From Alphaproteobacteria bacterium (GTDB lineage Bacteria > Pseudomonadota > Alphaproteobacteria > SHVW01), in assembly GCA_016869645.1 (NCBI GenBank), contig VGDO01000002.1:15479-79478 (forward strand): DNA of 64,000 bases, read 5' to 3'. The translations under genes were made by a program, and so were the position numbers. The notes beneath the pieces are model-generated. The model ran no database searches and was not told the origin of the DNA. It saw nothing but the letters and a program-made list of their open reading frames with translations. Below, piece by piece: positions 1 to 10,330 of this stretch; positions within the stretch are counted from its first letter, which is position 1; every line of letters begins with the position of its first letter.

Positions 1-2
1 AG

Positions 3-863
3 AATGGCGATCCGATCGCGTTCAACATCACGCACAAGGATCCCGAGCTGCGCAAGATCTTCTCCGACGTGCGCTGGCGGCAGGCCATGTCGCTCGCCAT
101 CAACCGCAAGGAGATGAACGAAACGCTTTGGTTCGGCCTCGGCACGCCGCAGGCTTCGCTGCCGCTCGGCGTGCCGTTCGTTACCGACGCCAACCGCAAC
201 TACATGATCGACTACGACCCGAAGCGTGCCAACGCGCTGCTCGACGAGATGGGCCTGAAGCGCGGCTCCAACAACATGCGTATGCGCTTCGACGGCAAGC
301 CGCTGACCATCCTGTGGGAGTACACCTCGCAGTTCGCCTCATCGGGCTACGTCCAGCTCGTACAGGGCTACTGGCGCGCGGTCGGCGTCGAGGTCAACCT
401 CAAGGAGATCACGACCCAGCTCACGCGCCAGAAGGCGCTGGCCGGCGACACCGATATCGTCATGGAATGGGACATTCCCTACGAACCCAACCTGATCAGC
501 GAGATCGAGCTCTACACCCCGCCCTACCGCGAAGGCTCGCCCCTGTTCGGCACGGCCTGGCGGCAATGGCATCTGAGTAAGGGCGACAAGGGCGAGGAGC
601 CGCCCGCCTGGGCGAAGCGGCTCTATCAGCTCGAGGATGAGTGGCGCACCACCGTGCCGCGCAGCCCGCGCTACATGGAAATCGGCCGCGAGATGGTGAA
701 GATCAATCAGGACAATCTGACGATCATCGGCACGGTCGCCAATCTGCCGGGTCCGACCGTGGTCAATCCGAAGCTCGCCAATGTCCGGGACTGGACGGTG
801 CAGCACTACAACTACGCCCGCACCTATCCGTTCCGTCCGGACCAGTGGTACTACAAGGAGTGA
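3..863 (+). CDS. ABC transporter substrate-binding protein, family 5 (Opp/Dpp-like), 5'-truncated by window edge
   Basis: Open frame from the window start. It has the RWRQAMSLAINRKEMNE and YDPKRANALLDEMGL motifs of SBP family 5 C-termini, and two permeases and two ATPases follow. Confidence 0.85.
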   Translation, partial: NGDPIAFNITHKDPELRKIFSDVRWRQAMSLAINRKEMNETLWFGLGTPQASLPLGVPFVTDANRNYMIDYDPKRANALLDEMGLKRGSNNMRMRFDGKPLTILWEYTSQFASSGYVQLVQGYWRAVGVEVNLKEITTQLTRQKALAGDTDIVMEWDIPYEPNLISEIELYTPPYREGSPLFGTAWRQWHLSKGDKGEEPPAWAKRLYQLEDEWRTTVPRSPRYMEIGREMVKINQDNLTIIGTVANLPGPTVVNPKLANVRDWTVQHYNYARTYPFRPDQWYYKE

Positions 864-915
864 GCGGAACCGAATTCAACGACGAACCGAGCCGCTAGGG
901 CCGAGCAGGGAGACC

Positions 916-1899
916 ATGCTTCGTCTGATCGCCCGGCGGCTCGGCTATATGCTGCTGACGCTCTGGCTGGTTTCGATCGTCGCCTTCATCGTCATCCAGC
1001 TGCCGCCGGGAGATTATGCCGAAGCGTATGTGGCGGAGCGCGCACAGTCGGGCGCGCGAATGAGCGAAGAGGAAATCCAGGAGCTTCGTTCCCATCTCGG
1101 CATCGACCGGCCCTGGTACCAGCAGTACTTTTCCTGGTTCAGCGGCGTGCTGCGCGGCGACTTCGGCTGGTCCTATGAGTGGCGGCGGCCGGTCGCGGAC
1201 GTCATCGGCGAGCGCCTGCCTCTGACCCTGGCGCTCGCCTTCTTCACGCTCCTGTTCATGTACGCCGTGTCGCTGCCGATCGGCATCTATTCGGCCGTCC
1301 GCCAGTACTCCGTCACCGACCATGTCTTTTCTCTCTTCGGATATATCGGACTGGCGACGCCGAACTTCCTGATCGCGCTCGTCCTGATGTATCTCGGTCA
1401 GCAGTACTGGGGCCAAAGCGTCGGCGGTCTGTTCTCGCCGGAATTTCAAGACGCGCCGTGGAGCTGGGCGCGCTTCGTCGACTTGCTCGCCCATCTGTGG
1501 ATCCCGGTCGTCGTGCTGGGCACGGCGGGCACGGCGAACCTGATCCGCTCGATGCGCGCGTTGCTGCTCGACGAGCTGGGCAAGATGTACGTCGTCGCGG
1601 CGCGCGCCGCCGGGCTCTCACCATTGCGGCTGCTGATCAAGTATCCCGTGCGCATGGCGCTCAACCCGATCGTCAGCACGCTGGGCTGGCGCCTGACCTT
1701 CGTCATCTCCGGCGCGCCGATCGTCGGCGTCGTCATGGCGCTGCCCGACACGGGTCCGCTCTTCCTGCATGCCCTGCTCAACCAGGACATGCCGCTCGCC
1801 GGCGCCATGGTGTTCATCTATTGCGCGCTCACCATCATCGGCACCTTCGTTTCGGACATGCTGCTGGTCCTGCTCGACCCGCGCATCAAGATGTCCTGA
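916..1899 (+). CDS. ABC transporter permease (DppB/OppB-like)
   Basis: GGGAGA RBS before ATG 916; LPPGD N-terminal motif, GDFGWSY, an EAA-like loop and multiple TM segments. Confidence 0.9.
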   Translation: MLRLIARRLGYMLLTLWLVSIVAFIVIQLPPGDYAEAYVAERAQSGARMSEEEIQELRSHLGIDRPWYQQYFSWFSGVLRGDFGWSYEWRRPVADVIGERLPLTLALAFFTLLFMYAVSLPIGIYSAVRQYSVTDHVFSLFGYIGLATPNFLIALVLMYLGQQYWGQSVGGLFSPEFQDAPWSWARFVDLLAHLWIPVVVLGTAGTANLIRSMRALLLDELGKMYVVAARAAGLSPLRLLIKYPVRMALNPIVSTLGWRLTFVISGAPIVGVVMALPDTGPLFLHALLNQDMPLAGAMVFIYCALTIIGTFVSDMLLVLLDPRIKMS

Positions 1900-1905
1900 C
1901 CCGCC

Positions 1906-3027
1906 ATGTCGGCCGACGCTCCCGCGCTGCCCGCATCCGGCCCGATCCGCCGGCCGGACGCCGCCACCCAGTGGCAGCTCATGTGGTGGCGTTTCCGACG
2001 GCACCACATGGCGCTGATTGGCCTCAGCGTGCTCGGCCTGCTCCTGCTGATCTCCGTCTTCGCGGAGTTCATCGCGCCCTATGCGCCGGCGACGCGTAAC
2101 ACGCGCTATCTCGCCGGGCCGCCCATGGGCCTGCACATAATCGCCGCCGATGGCTCGGTCCATGCGCCCTTCGTCCATGCGCGCGCCAATCGACGCGATC
2201 CCGTCACGCTGCGGCTCCTGTCAGTGGTCGACGAGACGCGGCAATGGCCGATCGAGCTCTTCGTGCGCGGCGACACCTATCGCATGTGGGGATTGTTCGA
2301 GACCAATCTCCATCTGTTCGGCGCACACGGCGGCTTCGTCCATCTGTTCGGCACCGACAATCTCGGCCGCGACCTGTTCAGCCGCACCATGTACGCGACA
2401 CGGGTTTCGCTCTCGGTCGGCTTGATCGGCGTTGCCGCCGCCTTCGTGCTCGGCGCCATCATCGGCGGCATCGCCGGCTATTTCGGCGGCGCCATCGATG
2501 TGTTCGTCATGCGCCTCATCGAGTTCATACGCTCGATTCCCACCCTGCCGCTCTGGCTGTCGCTCAGTGCGGCACTGCCCCGCGACTGGACGTCGCTGCA
2601 GATCTACGTCGCCGTGACGTTCCTGCTGGCACTGATCGGCTGGACGCATCTGGCGCGCACGGTGCGCGGCAAGCTGCTGGCATTGCGCGAGGAGGACTTC
2701 GTCGTTGCCGCCCGGCTCGCCGGCTGCACCGATGCCCGGCTGATCGGCCGTCATCTGCTACCGGCATTTCTCAGCTATCTGATCGTCGACCTGACAATCT
2801 CGTTCCCGGAGATCCTGCTCGCCGAGACTTCGCTCAGCTTCCTCGGACTCGGCCTGCGCGAGCCGATCGAAAGCTGGGGCGTGCTGCTCTATGCGGGACA
2901 GAACATCCGTTCGCTCGCCCATCTGCCGTGGCTGCTGATCCCCGGTCTGTTCGTCATCGTCGCGGCGCTGGCCTTCAATTTCGTCGGCGACGGCATGCGC
3001 GACGCCGCCGACCCCTACGCCAAATGA
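1906..3027 (+). CDS. ABC transporter permease (DppC/OppC-like)
   Basis: HLFGTDNLGRDLFSR, EDFVVAARLAG EAA motif, FNFVGDGMRDAADPY C-terminus. Confidence 0.92.
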   Translation: MSADAPALPASGPIRRPDAATQWQLMWWRFRRHHMALIGLSVLGLLLLISVFAEFIAPYAPATRNTRYLAGPPMGLHIIAADGSVHAPFVHARANRRDPVTLRLLSVVDETRQWPIELFVRGDTYRMWGLFETNLHLFGAHGGFVHLFGTDNLGRDLFSRTMYATRVSLSVGLIGVAAAFVLGAIIGGIAGYFGGAIDVFVMRLIEFIRSIPTLPLWLSLSAALPRDWTSLQIYVAVTFLLALIGWTHLARTVRGKLLALREEDFVVAARLAGCTDARLIGRHLLPAFLSYLIVDLTISFPEILLAETSLSFLGLGLREPIESWGVLLYAGQNIRSLAHLPWLLIPGLFVIVAALAFNFVGDGMRDAADPYAK

Positions 3028-4031
3028 CCGATCCACTGCTCGAGATCCGTGATCTGCGCATCGATCTGGCGTCCGATGGCGGCTGGGTGCCGGTCATCGA
3101 CCGCATCAGCGCCTCGGTGGCGCGCGGCCAGGTGCTGGCGATCGTCGGCGAAAGCGGCTCGGGCAAGAGCGTCACGGCGCAGTCGATCCTTCGCCTGTTG
3201 CCGCGCGAGCTGCGCATCACCGCTGGCAGCATCGTCTTTCGTCCTGACGGCGCGGCGCCGATCGACCTTGCGCAGGCCGAGCCCGACGGCAGGGCGATCC
3301 AGTCCATCCGCGGCAACCGGATCGCCATGATTTTTCAGGAGCCGATGAGCTCCTTCTCGCCCGTCCACCGTATCGGTGACCAGATCGGCGACGTGCTGCG
3401 ACTGCATCTGGGCCTGCGCGGCGCGGCGGTCGACGAGACGGCCGCGCGCCTGCTCGACGAGGTCGGCATTCCCGACCCGGTGCGTGCCGTCCGGCGCTAC
3501 CCGCACGAGTTTTCCGGCGGCATGCGTCAGCGCGCCATGATTGCCAAGGCGCTGGCCTGCCGGCCCGCTCTGCTGATCGCCGACGAGCCCACGACGGCGC
3601 TCGACGTCACGATCCAGGCCCAGGTGCTCGACCTGATGCGCCGCCTCAAGGCGGCCTACGGCATGGCCATTATCTTCATTACCCACGATCTCGGCATCGT
3701 GGCGCAGATGGCCGACGAGGTCGCGATCATGTACACCGGCCGCATCGTCGAGCACGGCCCGGTGCGCAAGGTGTTCAAGCGGCCGCAACACCCCTACACC
3801 GTCAATCTGTTGCGCGCCGTGCCGCGGCTCGGCGGTGTCGGCGGTTGGCAACGCCTGCAGCCGATTCGCGGCAACGTGCCGAACCTCTTCTCGATGCCGG
3901 CAGGCTGCACCTTTCATCCGCGCTGCGATTCCTTCATGGCAGGGCGCTGCGACCAAGCCTTCCCCGTCGTGCGCCAGGTCGAATCCGGTCACATGGTGCG
4001 CTGCCTGCTCGGCGCGGAGGCGGCCGAGTGA
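3024..4031 (+). CDS. ABC transporter ATP-binding protein (DppD/OppD-like)
   Basis: ATGA overlap with upstream stop; GESGSGKS Walker [19 protein letters not shown]-terminal Cys-rich oligopeptide domain. Confidence 0.92.
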   Translation: MTDPLLEIRDLRIDLASDGGWVPVIDRISASVARGQVLAIVGESGSGKSVTAQSILRLLPRELRITAGSIVFRPDGAAPIDLAQAEPDGRAIQSIRGNRIAMIFQEPMSSFSPVHRIGDQIGDVLRLHLGLRGAAVDETAARLLDEVGIPDPVRAVRRYPHEFSGGMRQRAMIAKALACRPALLIADEPTTALDVTIQAQVLDLMRRLKAAYGMAIIFITHDLGIVAQMADEVAIMYTGRIVEHGPVRKVFKRPQHPYTVNLLRAVPRLGGVGGWQRLQPIRGNVPNLFSMPAGCTFHPRCDSFMAGRCDQAFPVVRQVESGHMVRCLLGAEAAE

Positions 4032-5062
4032 CGGCGCTTCTCGAGCTCGACCGACTGGAGGTGCATTTCCGCGTCGTTCAGCAAGCGCTGACCGGGCGGG
4101 TGACCAGCGTGGTCCGCGCCGTCGACGGCGTCAGCCTGACGGTCGGCAAGGGCGAAACCCTCGGCCTCGTCGGCGAAAGCGGATCGGGCAAGACGACGCT
4201 CGGCCGCGCGGCGCTGCGCGTGGTGGAGCCGACCGGCGGCCGCGTCGTCTTCCACGGCAACGGCAGCGCCGTCGAGCTCGGCACGCTCGATCGCGCCGCG
4301 CTGCGCCGGATGTGGCGCCACATGCAGCTGATCTTCCAGGATCCCTATGCCTCGCTCAATCCGCGCATGACGGTGCGCGACATCATCGGCGAGCCGCTCA
4401 TCGCCAACCGGCTAGCGCGCGGCGCCGAGCTCGACAGCCGGGTCGCCGACATGATCCGACGCGTCGGCCTTTCGACCGAGCATCTCAGCCGGTACCCGCA
4501 TTCCTTCAGCGGCGGCCAGCGCCAGCGCATTGCCATAGCGCGGGCTCTCGTGCTGCACCCGCAGTTCATCGTGTGCGACGAGCCGGTCTCGGCGCTCGAC
4601 GTGTCGATCCAGGCGCAGATCCTGAATCTGCTCAAGGAGCTCCAGAAGGAATTGGGACTGACCTACCTGTTCATCGCGCACGATCTGGCCGCCGTCGCCT
4701 ATGCCAGCGACCGGGTCGCCGTGATGTATCTGGGCCAGATCGTCGAGCTGGCGCCGACGACGCGGCTCTACGAGGCGCCCCTGCATCCCTATTCCGAAGC
4801 GCTGCTCTCAGCGATCCCCGTCGCTGACCCCGATCGCGAGATGCAACCGATCCTGCTCAAGGGCGAGCGTCCCGATCCGGCGAACCCGCCGGCTGGTTGC
4901 CGCTTTCACACGCGCTGCCGCTATGCCGACGAGATCTGCCGCTCCGTCATGCCGACGCTCGACGAGCTCGAGCCCGGCCGCTGGGTCGCCTGTCACCACG
5001 CCGCTCGCCTGGAGCTGAGCGGCGCGCGCGACCACATTGTCACGATGGAAGCAACTCGATGA
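4028..5062 (+). CDS. ABC transporter ATP-binding protein (DppF/OppF-like)
   Basis: GTGA overlap; [33 protein letters not shown]. Confidence 0.92.
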   Translation: MTALLELDRLEVHFRVVQQALTGRVTSVVRAVDGVSLTVGKGETLGLVGESGSGKTTLGRAALRVVEPTGGRVVFHGNGSAVELGTLDRAALRRMWRHMQLIFQDPYASLNPRMTVRDIIGEPLIANRLARGAELDSRVADMIRRVGLSTEHLSRYPHSFSGGQRQRIAIARALVLHPQFIVCDEPVSALDVSIQAQILNLLKELQKELGLTYLFIAHDLAAVAYASDRVAVMYLGQIVELAPTTRLYEAPLHPYSEALLSAIPVADPDREMQPILLKGERPDPANPPAGCRFHTRCRYADEICRSVMPTLDELEPGRWVACHHAARLELSGARDHIVTMEATR

Positions 5063-6636
5063 CCGAACGGATCAACGTTCTGCTGATCACCGCCGATCAA
5101 TGGCGCGCCGACTGCCTGTCGCGCCTCGGCCACCCGACCGTGCGCACGCCGCATCTTGACGAGCTGGCGGCGGGCGGCGTGACCTTCCGGCGGCACTATG
5201 CCCAGTGCACGCCGTGCGGACCGAGCCGGGCGTCGCTGCTGACCGGCATGTACATGATGAATCATCGTTCGGTCCGGAACGGCACGCCGCTTGATGCGCG
5301 CTTCACCAACATCGCGCTCGAGATGCGCAAGCTGGGCTACGACCCTGGCCTGATCGGCTACACCGACACCAGCCTCGACCCGCGCACGCTTGATCCAAAC
5401 GATCCGGCGCTAAAGACATATTCCGGCACCTTGCCGGGCTTCGTGCAGCTCGTGCCGGGCAGCGAAGGCAGCCGCGCCTGGGCACTGGCGCTGGAGGCCA
5501 AAGGGTACAAGCTCGGCCTGGAGGCCAAGTCGGTCTATGCGCCGGTCGCCGATCATCCTGAAGCTGCGGGCCGCGGGCCAAGCTTCGCGCCCGCCCGCTT
5601 CAAGGCCGAGGACAGCCACACCGCCTTCGATGTCGAGGCGGCGATACAGCACCTCAAGGGCGCGAAGCGGCCATGGTTCCTGCATCTCAGCCTGCTCCGC
5701 CCGCATCCGCCGTTCATCGCGCCGGAGCCCTACAACGCGCTTTACGATCCGGACAAGGTGCCGGAGCGCATCGGCGCCGCCAATCCCGAAGCGGAGTCGA
5801 AGCTCCACCCGCACGTCGCCTATGCCGTCAAATGGTGCCGCGAGAAGGAGGGGCTCGATCCCGCGACGCATCCGACCGAGCCAAGTGCGATGCGGCAGCT
5901 GCGCGCGACCTATTACGGTCTGATGTCCGAGGTTGACGACCAGCTCGGGCGCTTGATCGCGCATCTCAAAGAGGTTCGGCAGTTCGAGAAGACGCTGATC
6001 GTGTTCACGACCGATCACGGCGAGCAGCTCTGGGACCACTGGGGCATGGGCAAGGAGTTCTTTTTCGAGCAGAGTTTCAACATACCTCTGATCATTCGCG
6101 CGCCCGGCCGGATGGCCGACAGCGCGCGTGGGCGTATCGTCGACGCTTTTACCGAGAGCATCGACGTGATGCCGACTATCCTCGACTGGCTCAGCGCCGA
6201 GCTGCCGCTGCAATGCGACGGCGCCTCGCTCAAGCCTTGGCTCAAGGGCGAAGCGCCGGCCGGCTGGCGCGATGCCGCGCATTTCGAGCTCGACTTCCGC
6301 GACGTCGTACGCGGCTCCTCAGAGAAGGAGTTGGGCATCGGGCTCGACGATTGCGCGCTCGCCGTGCTGCGCGACAAGCAATACAAGTACATCCACTTCG
6401 CGGCTCTCCCGCCGATCCTGTTCGATTTGACCGACGATCCGCACGAGCTGCGCAACCGCGCCGAAGATCCGGCCTATGCCGGCATCAAGGTCGACATGAT
6501 GGGGCGCATGCTGTCCTGGCGTCTCGGTCATGCCGAGCGGCGGCTGACCGGTATCAGGCTGACCGGCGACGGTCCGTTCGAGGTGCCGCGCGCACGGCGC
6601 CAGACCACGATCGGCATGACCAGTCCCGTGCCGTGA
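5059..6636 (+). CDS. Alkaline phosphatase/sulfatase superfamily hydrolase, phosphonate monoester hydrolase (PehA/PMH)-like
   Basis: NVLLITADQWR, CGPSR (CxPxR formylglycine motif), NHRSVRNGTPLD, GYTDT, RPHPPF, TDHGE and FELDFRD match PMH-type enzymes as I recall them; ATGA overlap with upstream gene. Confidence 0.8.
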   Translation: MTERINVLLITADQWRADCLSRLGHPTVRTPHLDELAAGGVTFRRHYAQCTPCGPSRASLLTGMYMMNHRSVRNGTPLDARFTNIALEMRKLGYDPGLIGYTDTSLDPRTLDPNDPALKTYSGTLPGFVQLVPGSEGSRAWALALEAKGYKLGLEAKSVYAPVADHPEAAGRGPSFAPARFKAEDSHTAFDVEAAIQHLKGAKRPWFLHLSLLRPHPPFIAPEPYNALYDPDKVPERIGAANPEAESKLHPHVAYAVKWCREKEGLDPATHPTEPSAMRQLRATYYGLMSEVDDQLGRLIAHLKEVRQFEKTLIVFTTDHGEQLWDHWGMGKEFFFEQSFNIPLIIRAPGRMADSARGRIVDAFTESIDVMPTILDWLSAELPLQCDGASLKPWLKGEAPAGWRDAAHFELDFRDVVRGSSEKELGIGLDDCALAVLRDKQYKYIHFAALPPILFDLTDDPHELRNRAEDPAYAGIKVDMMGRMLSWRLGHAERRLTGIRLTGDGPFEVPRARRQTTIGMTSPVP

Positions 6637-7451
6637 CGGCGTCCGGCCCCGCGGCGGTGTCGAGGGTGGCGGCGGACGGCCTTGACCGCCGCTTCCACGC
6701 CATGTTGGGGGTCGCCCGCGAGGCCGGAATGATGGCGCGCGGCTTCCTGGGCGACCGCAACCGCCTGAAGGTGCGCGCCAAGGGTCCCCAGGACTGGCTG
6801 ACCGAGGCCGACGGTGCCGTCGAGCGCCTCATCATCGAGCGGCTTGGCGCCGAGTTTCCTGGCGACGTCTTCCTCGGTGAAGAGGGCGGCGGCCGGGTCG
6901 GCGCCAGCATGTGGGTCATAGATCCGATCGATGGTACGGCCAACTTTGCGCGTGGCATCCACCGCTTCGCCGTGTCGATCGCGTACTGCCGCAACGGTCG
7001 CACCGAGCTGGGCGCCATTTACAATCCCATGGCGGACGAGCTGCACTGCGCGCGCCGCGGCGTGGGCGCGTGGCGCAATGAGACCGCCATTCGCGTCAGC
7101 ACCACCGATCGTCCGGCCGCCGCGCTGATCGACGCCGCCTATTCCCACCGGCACGTCTTTGCCGATTACATCGTGATCGTGACTCGCCTGGTCGAGGCGG
7201 GCTATGCCTTCCAGCAGGCCGGTTCCGCCGTGCTGGCACTCGCCCATGTCGCTGACGGGCGCATCGACGGCGCCTGCGAGCTTCACCTCTTTCCATGGGA
7301 CGTGCTGGCCGGGCTGTTGATCGTGCGTGAGGCGGGCGGGTGGACGGCGGACTTCGACCCACACAATCAGGCGGGTGGGCCGATGCTGGCCTGCACGCCG
7401 GTCCTTGCGCCGTCGCTGCGCGCGATCACCGGGATCGGTCAAGGGCCCTAG
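6633..7451 (+). CDS. Inositol monophosphatase family protein
   Basis: LTEAD, FLGEE, WVIDPIDGTANF, PWDVLAG motifs; GTG start overlapping upstream TGA (start uncertain). Confidence 0.88.
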   Translation: MTASGPAAVSRVAADGLDRRFHAMLGVAREAGMMARGFLGDRNRLKVRAKGPQDWLTEADGAVERLIIERLGAEFPGDVFLGEEGGGRVGASMWVIDPIDGTANFARGIHRFAVSIAYCRNGRTELGAIYNPMADELHCARRGVGAWRNETAIRVSTTDRPAAALIDAAYSHRHVFADYIVIVTRLVEAGYAFQQAGSAVLALAHVADGRIDGACELHLFPWDVLAGLLIVREAGGWTADFDPHNQAGGPMLACTPVLAPSLRAITGIGQGP

Positions 7452-9109
7452 CGGAACATTTCCGACATGTTTCGGCCGAGCAGACCGCTCGCCAACAGCA
7501 CAAGAAATAGTGTCAGCGCGTTGCACAACGTGCCGAGCGCGCTCGCTTTGGCGAGATCATTGGCGTTGACCAGCTCGTAGATGGCGATCGAGATGGTCTT
7601 CCATTGCGCCGAATAGAGCAGGACGGTCGCGCTGATCTCGCCGATCAGCGTGGCAAAGACCAGCACACCGCCGGCAATCAATGCGGGGCCGATCAGCGGC
7701 ACCATGACGCGGCGCATCGTTGCGCCCCAGGTGGCGCCGCATATGGACGAAGCCTCCTCGAGCTTGTTGTCGACCTGGCCGATCGCCGCGGCGGCCGAGC
7801 GGAAGATGAAGGCGACGCGCCGGGTGAAATAGGCAAACACCAGGATCGCCGCTGTGCCGGTCAGCACGATCGGCGGATCGTTGAAGGCCGAGAGATAGGC
7901 GACGCCGACGACCAGGCCCGGCAGAACGAATGGCAGCATGATCGTCAGATCGAGCGCCCAGCGTGCCACCGCCTTGCCGCGCACCGTGGCATAGGCGGTG
8001 ATCGTGCCGAAGGCGAGGCAGGCGATCGTCGCTGCGCCCGACAGCAGCACGGTGTTCCATGTTGTGGCCAGGGCCTCGCCGAACACGCGCCGGTAGTTGT
8101 CGAACCCGTAGACCGACGGCAACAGCGTGTCGCCCCAGCGCTCGGCGAAGGAGTAGAGCAGGACCATAGCTTGGGGCAGTAGCGACAGGATGAGCACCAG
8201 CCAGATGTAGGTATTGCCTGCGAGCCGCGCCGCCGGACTCGTGAGGCGCGTCGCTCGCGCCGTGCCGGACAGCGTCGCGACCTGGCGTCGACTGATCGCC
8301 GAGAGTATGGCAAGCGCCAGAATCGTCAGGAGCAGATTGACGATGGCGATCGCCGAACCGGTGTTGAGATTGAAGAAGCCGTGGATCTGATAGTAGATCA
8401 GCGTCGGCAGCACCTGGTATTCGCCGCCGAGGATCGAAGGCACGCCGAAATCGCCCAGCGCCTTGATGAAGACGAGCATCATGCCTGCGCCGATCGCGGG
8501 GGCGATCATGGGGATTGTGATGGTGCGCAGCACGCGCGCGCGCGAAGCGCCGGCCATGCTCGCGGCCTCTTCGATGGCCGGGTCGGTCGCGGCCAGCGCA
8601 CCTTGGACGATCAGAAAGATATAGGGGAAGTAACTGAGCGCCAGCGCCACGATCACGCCGAAGGCACCGTAGATCGACGGCAGGCGCCACCCGAAAATGG
8701 AAAGGATGGTTTGCGTGATCATGCCGTTGTTGCCGAGCAGCATGATCCATGCATAGGCCCCGATGAAGGGCGGCGCAATGAGCGGCACGACCGACAGCGC
8801 GAGGATGAGCGGCCGCCAGGCGATATCGACGCGGGCGACCGTGTAGGCCATGGGGACCGCGAACGCCGCAGCAAGCAGCGTGGCTCCCCCGCTCGATACG
8901 ACCGAGTTCCAGAGGGCGCGCTGGTAGCTGGCCGAAATGAAGAATCGTTCGAAATTGCGCACCGTGAGATTTCCGAGTGCCGGATCCTGGCCATGGGGCG
9001 TGACGGCATTGATGACGACATGAGCCAGCGGGTAGCCGAGAAAAATCGTGGCTGCGGCAATGGCCAGGACGCCGGCGATGATGGGCGCCAGCTCGTATCG
9101 GGCGGTCAT
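7448..9109 (-). CDS. Fe(III)/sugar-phosphate-type ABC transporter permease (FbpB/AfuB-like)
   Basis: Two EAA motifs (IEEAASMAGAS, LEEASSICGA), PPFIGAYAW, DFGVPSILGG. Confidence 0.88.
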   Translation of the reverse strand: MTARYELAPIIAGVLAIAAATIFLGYPLAHVVINAVTPHGQDPALGNLTVRNFERFFISASYQRALWNSVVSSGGATLLAAAFAVPMAYTVARVDIAWRPLILALSVVPLIAPPFIGAYAWIMLLGNNGMITQTILSIFGWRLPSIYGAFGVIVALALSYFPYIFLIVQGALAATDPAIEEAASMAGASRARVLRTITIPMIAPAIGAGMMLVFIKALGDFGVPSILGGEYQVLPTLIYYQIHGFFNLNTGSAIAIVNLLLTILALAILSAISRRQVATLSGTARATRLTSPAARLAGNTYIWLVLILSLLPQAMVLLYSFAERWGDTLLPSVYGFDNYRRVFGEALATTWNTVLLSGAATIACLAFGTITAYATVRGKAVARWALDLTIMLPFVLPGLVVGVAYLSAFNDPPIVLTGTAAILVFAYFTRRVAFIFRSAAAAIGQVDNKLEEASSICGATWGATMRRVMVPLIGPALIAGGVLVFATLIGEISATVLLYSAQWKTISIAIYELVNANDLAKASALGTLCNALTLFLVLLASGLLGRNMSEMFR

Positions 9110-10215
9110 GGGCGCGGACGCTCGAACAAGATCGCATCCGCGTCGGAATAGCCGAGCCGGCAGGGGCCGCCCTCGCGGATGTCGGCGATGGCGCGCGGAG
9201 ACTCGACCAGCACGTCACCGGCCACGCCGTCAACGGCGACCGCATAGCGGACGGTGCTGCCAAGGAACTGCACACGCTTGACATGGCCGGCAAAGGAACC
9301 GGCTCCATCGCTCAGCGCAAGGTGCTCCGGTCGGAGCATCAGTAGTCCGTCGCTGCCGATGGGGATCAGGCGATCCTCGTCGGGCCGCGCAGCGACGATG
9401 CGGTTGGTCTGGCCTAGGCCGCCCCAAGGCATCGTCACGTCCGCGGTCGTGCCATCGCGCTTGATGACGCGAACCGGGATGAAGTTCGCCTTGCCGATAA
9501 AATCGGCGACGAACAGGCTCGTCGGATCGGAGTAGACCCGTGCAGGGGCGCCGATCTGGATCAGGCGACCACGATCGAACACCGCGACGCGGTCGGAAAT
9601 CGCCATCGCCTCCTCTTGATCGTGAGTGACGTAGATCGCCATGATACCGAGTCGCCGCTGTAGACCGCGGATCTCCTCGCGCATGTGCAGGCGCAGCTTC
9701 GCGTCGAGGTTGGCGAGGGGCTCGTCGAGCAGCAGGATGTCAGGGCGATAGACGAGCGCTCGCGCAATCGAAACGCGCTGCTGCTGCCCGCCCGACAGGC
9801 TGGCCGGCATGCGGTCGGCGAATTCGGAAAGGTGCAGCAAATCGAGCACCTCGGAGACGGCGCGCGCCAGTTCCTTCGCTTGTGTTCGACGCAGGCGCAA
9901 GCCATAAGCGACGTTTTCGAATACCGACAGGTGCGGGAACAGCGCATATGACTGGAAGACCATACCGATGTTGCGCTGGCGCGCCGGAACGCTTGCGAGA
10001 TCGCGGCCGCGAAAGGTGACCGCGCCTTCGCTCGGCGTTTCCAGACCGGCGACCATACGCAGTGTTGTCGTTTTGCCGCAGCCCGAGGGTCCGAGCATGG
10101 TGAAGAACTCGCCGGCAGCGACCTCGAAACTGACGTCACTGACGGCATCGACGGTCCTGCCGTCGACGAGGAAGCGCTTGGTCAGGCGGGAAACGGCGAG
10201 TCCGTCGGCGGCCAT
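9106..10215 (-). CDS. ABC transporter ATP-binding protein (FbpC/PotA-like, TOBE domain)
   Basis: GPSGCGKTT, FQSYALFPH, LSGGQQQR, LLDEPLANLD. Confidence 0.92.
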   Translation of the reverse strand: MAADGLAVSRLTKRFLVDGRTVDAVSDVSFEVAAGEFFTMLGPSGCGKTTTLRMVAGLETPSEGAVTFRGRDLASVPARQRNIGMVFQSYALFPHLSVFENVAYGLRLRRTQAKELARAVSEVLDLLHLSEFADRMPASLSGGQQQRVSIARALVYRPDILLLDEPLANLDAKLRLHMREEIRGLQRRLGIMAIYVTHDQEEAMAISDRVAVFDRGRLIQIGAPARVYSDPTSLFVADFIGKANFIPVRVIKRDGTTADVTMPWGGLGQTNRIVAARPDEDRLIPIGSDGLLMLRPEHLALSDGAGSFAGHVKRVQFLGSTVRYAVAVDGVAGDVLVESPRAIADIREGGPCRLGYSDADAILFERPRP

Positions 10216-10283
10216 CGGGGCGATCGGCGCTCAGCGGCAGGATGCCGGCCGCGCCATGGTACAGGCGCCGGCCGGACATGGAA

Positions 10284-10315
10284 CAGCCCTCTTCCGCCAG
10301 AGCGGAAGAGGGCTG
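10284..10315 (-). terminator. Perfect 14-bp stem-loop between binding-protein and ATPase genes (mRNA-stabilising or attenuating hairpin)
   Basis: cagccctcttccgc-caga-gcggaagagggctg is a perfect inverted repeat just downstream of the SBP stop; no clear U-tract. Confidence 0.6.
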
Positions 10316-10330
10316 CCGGATGCGGTTCGG

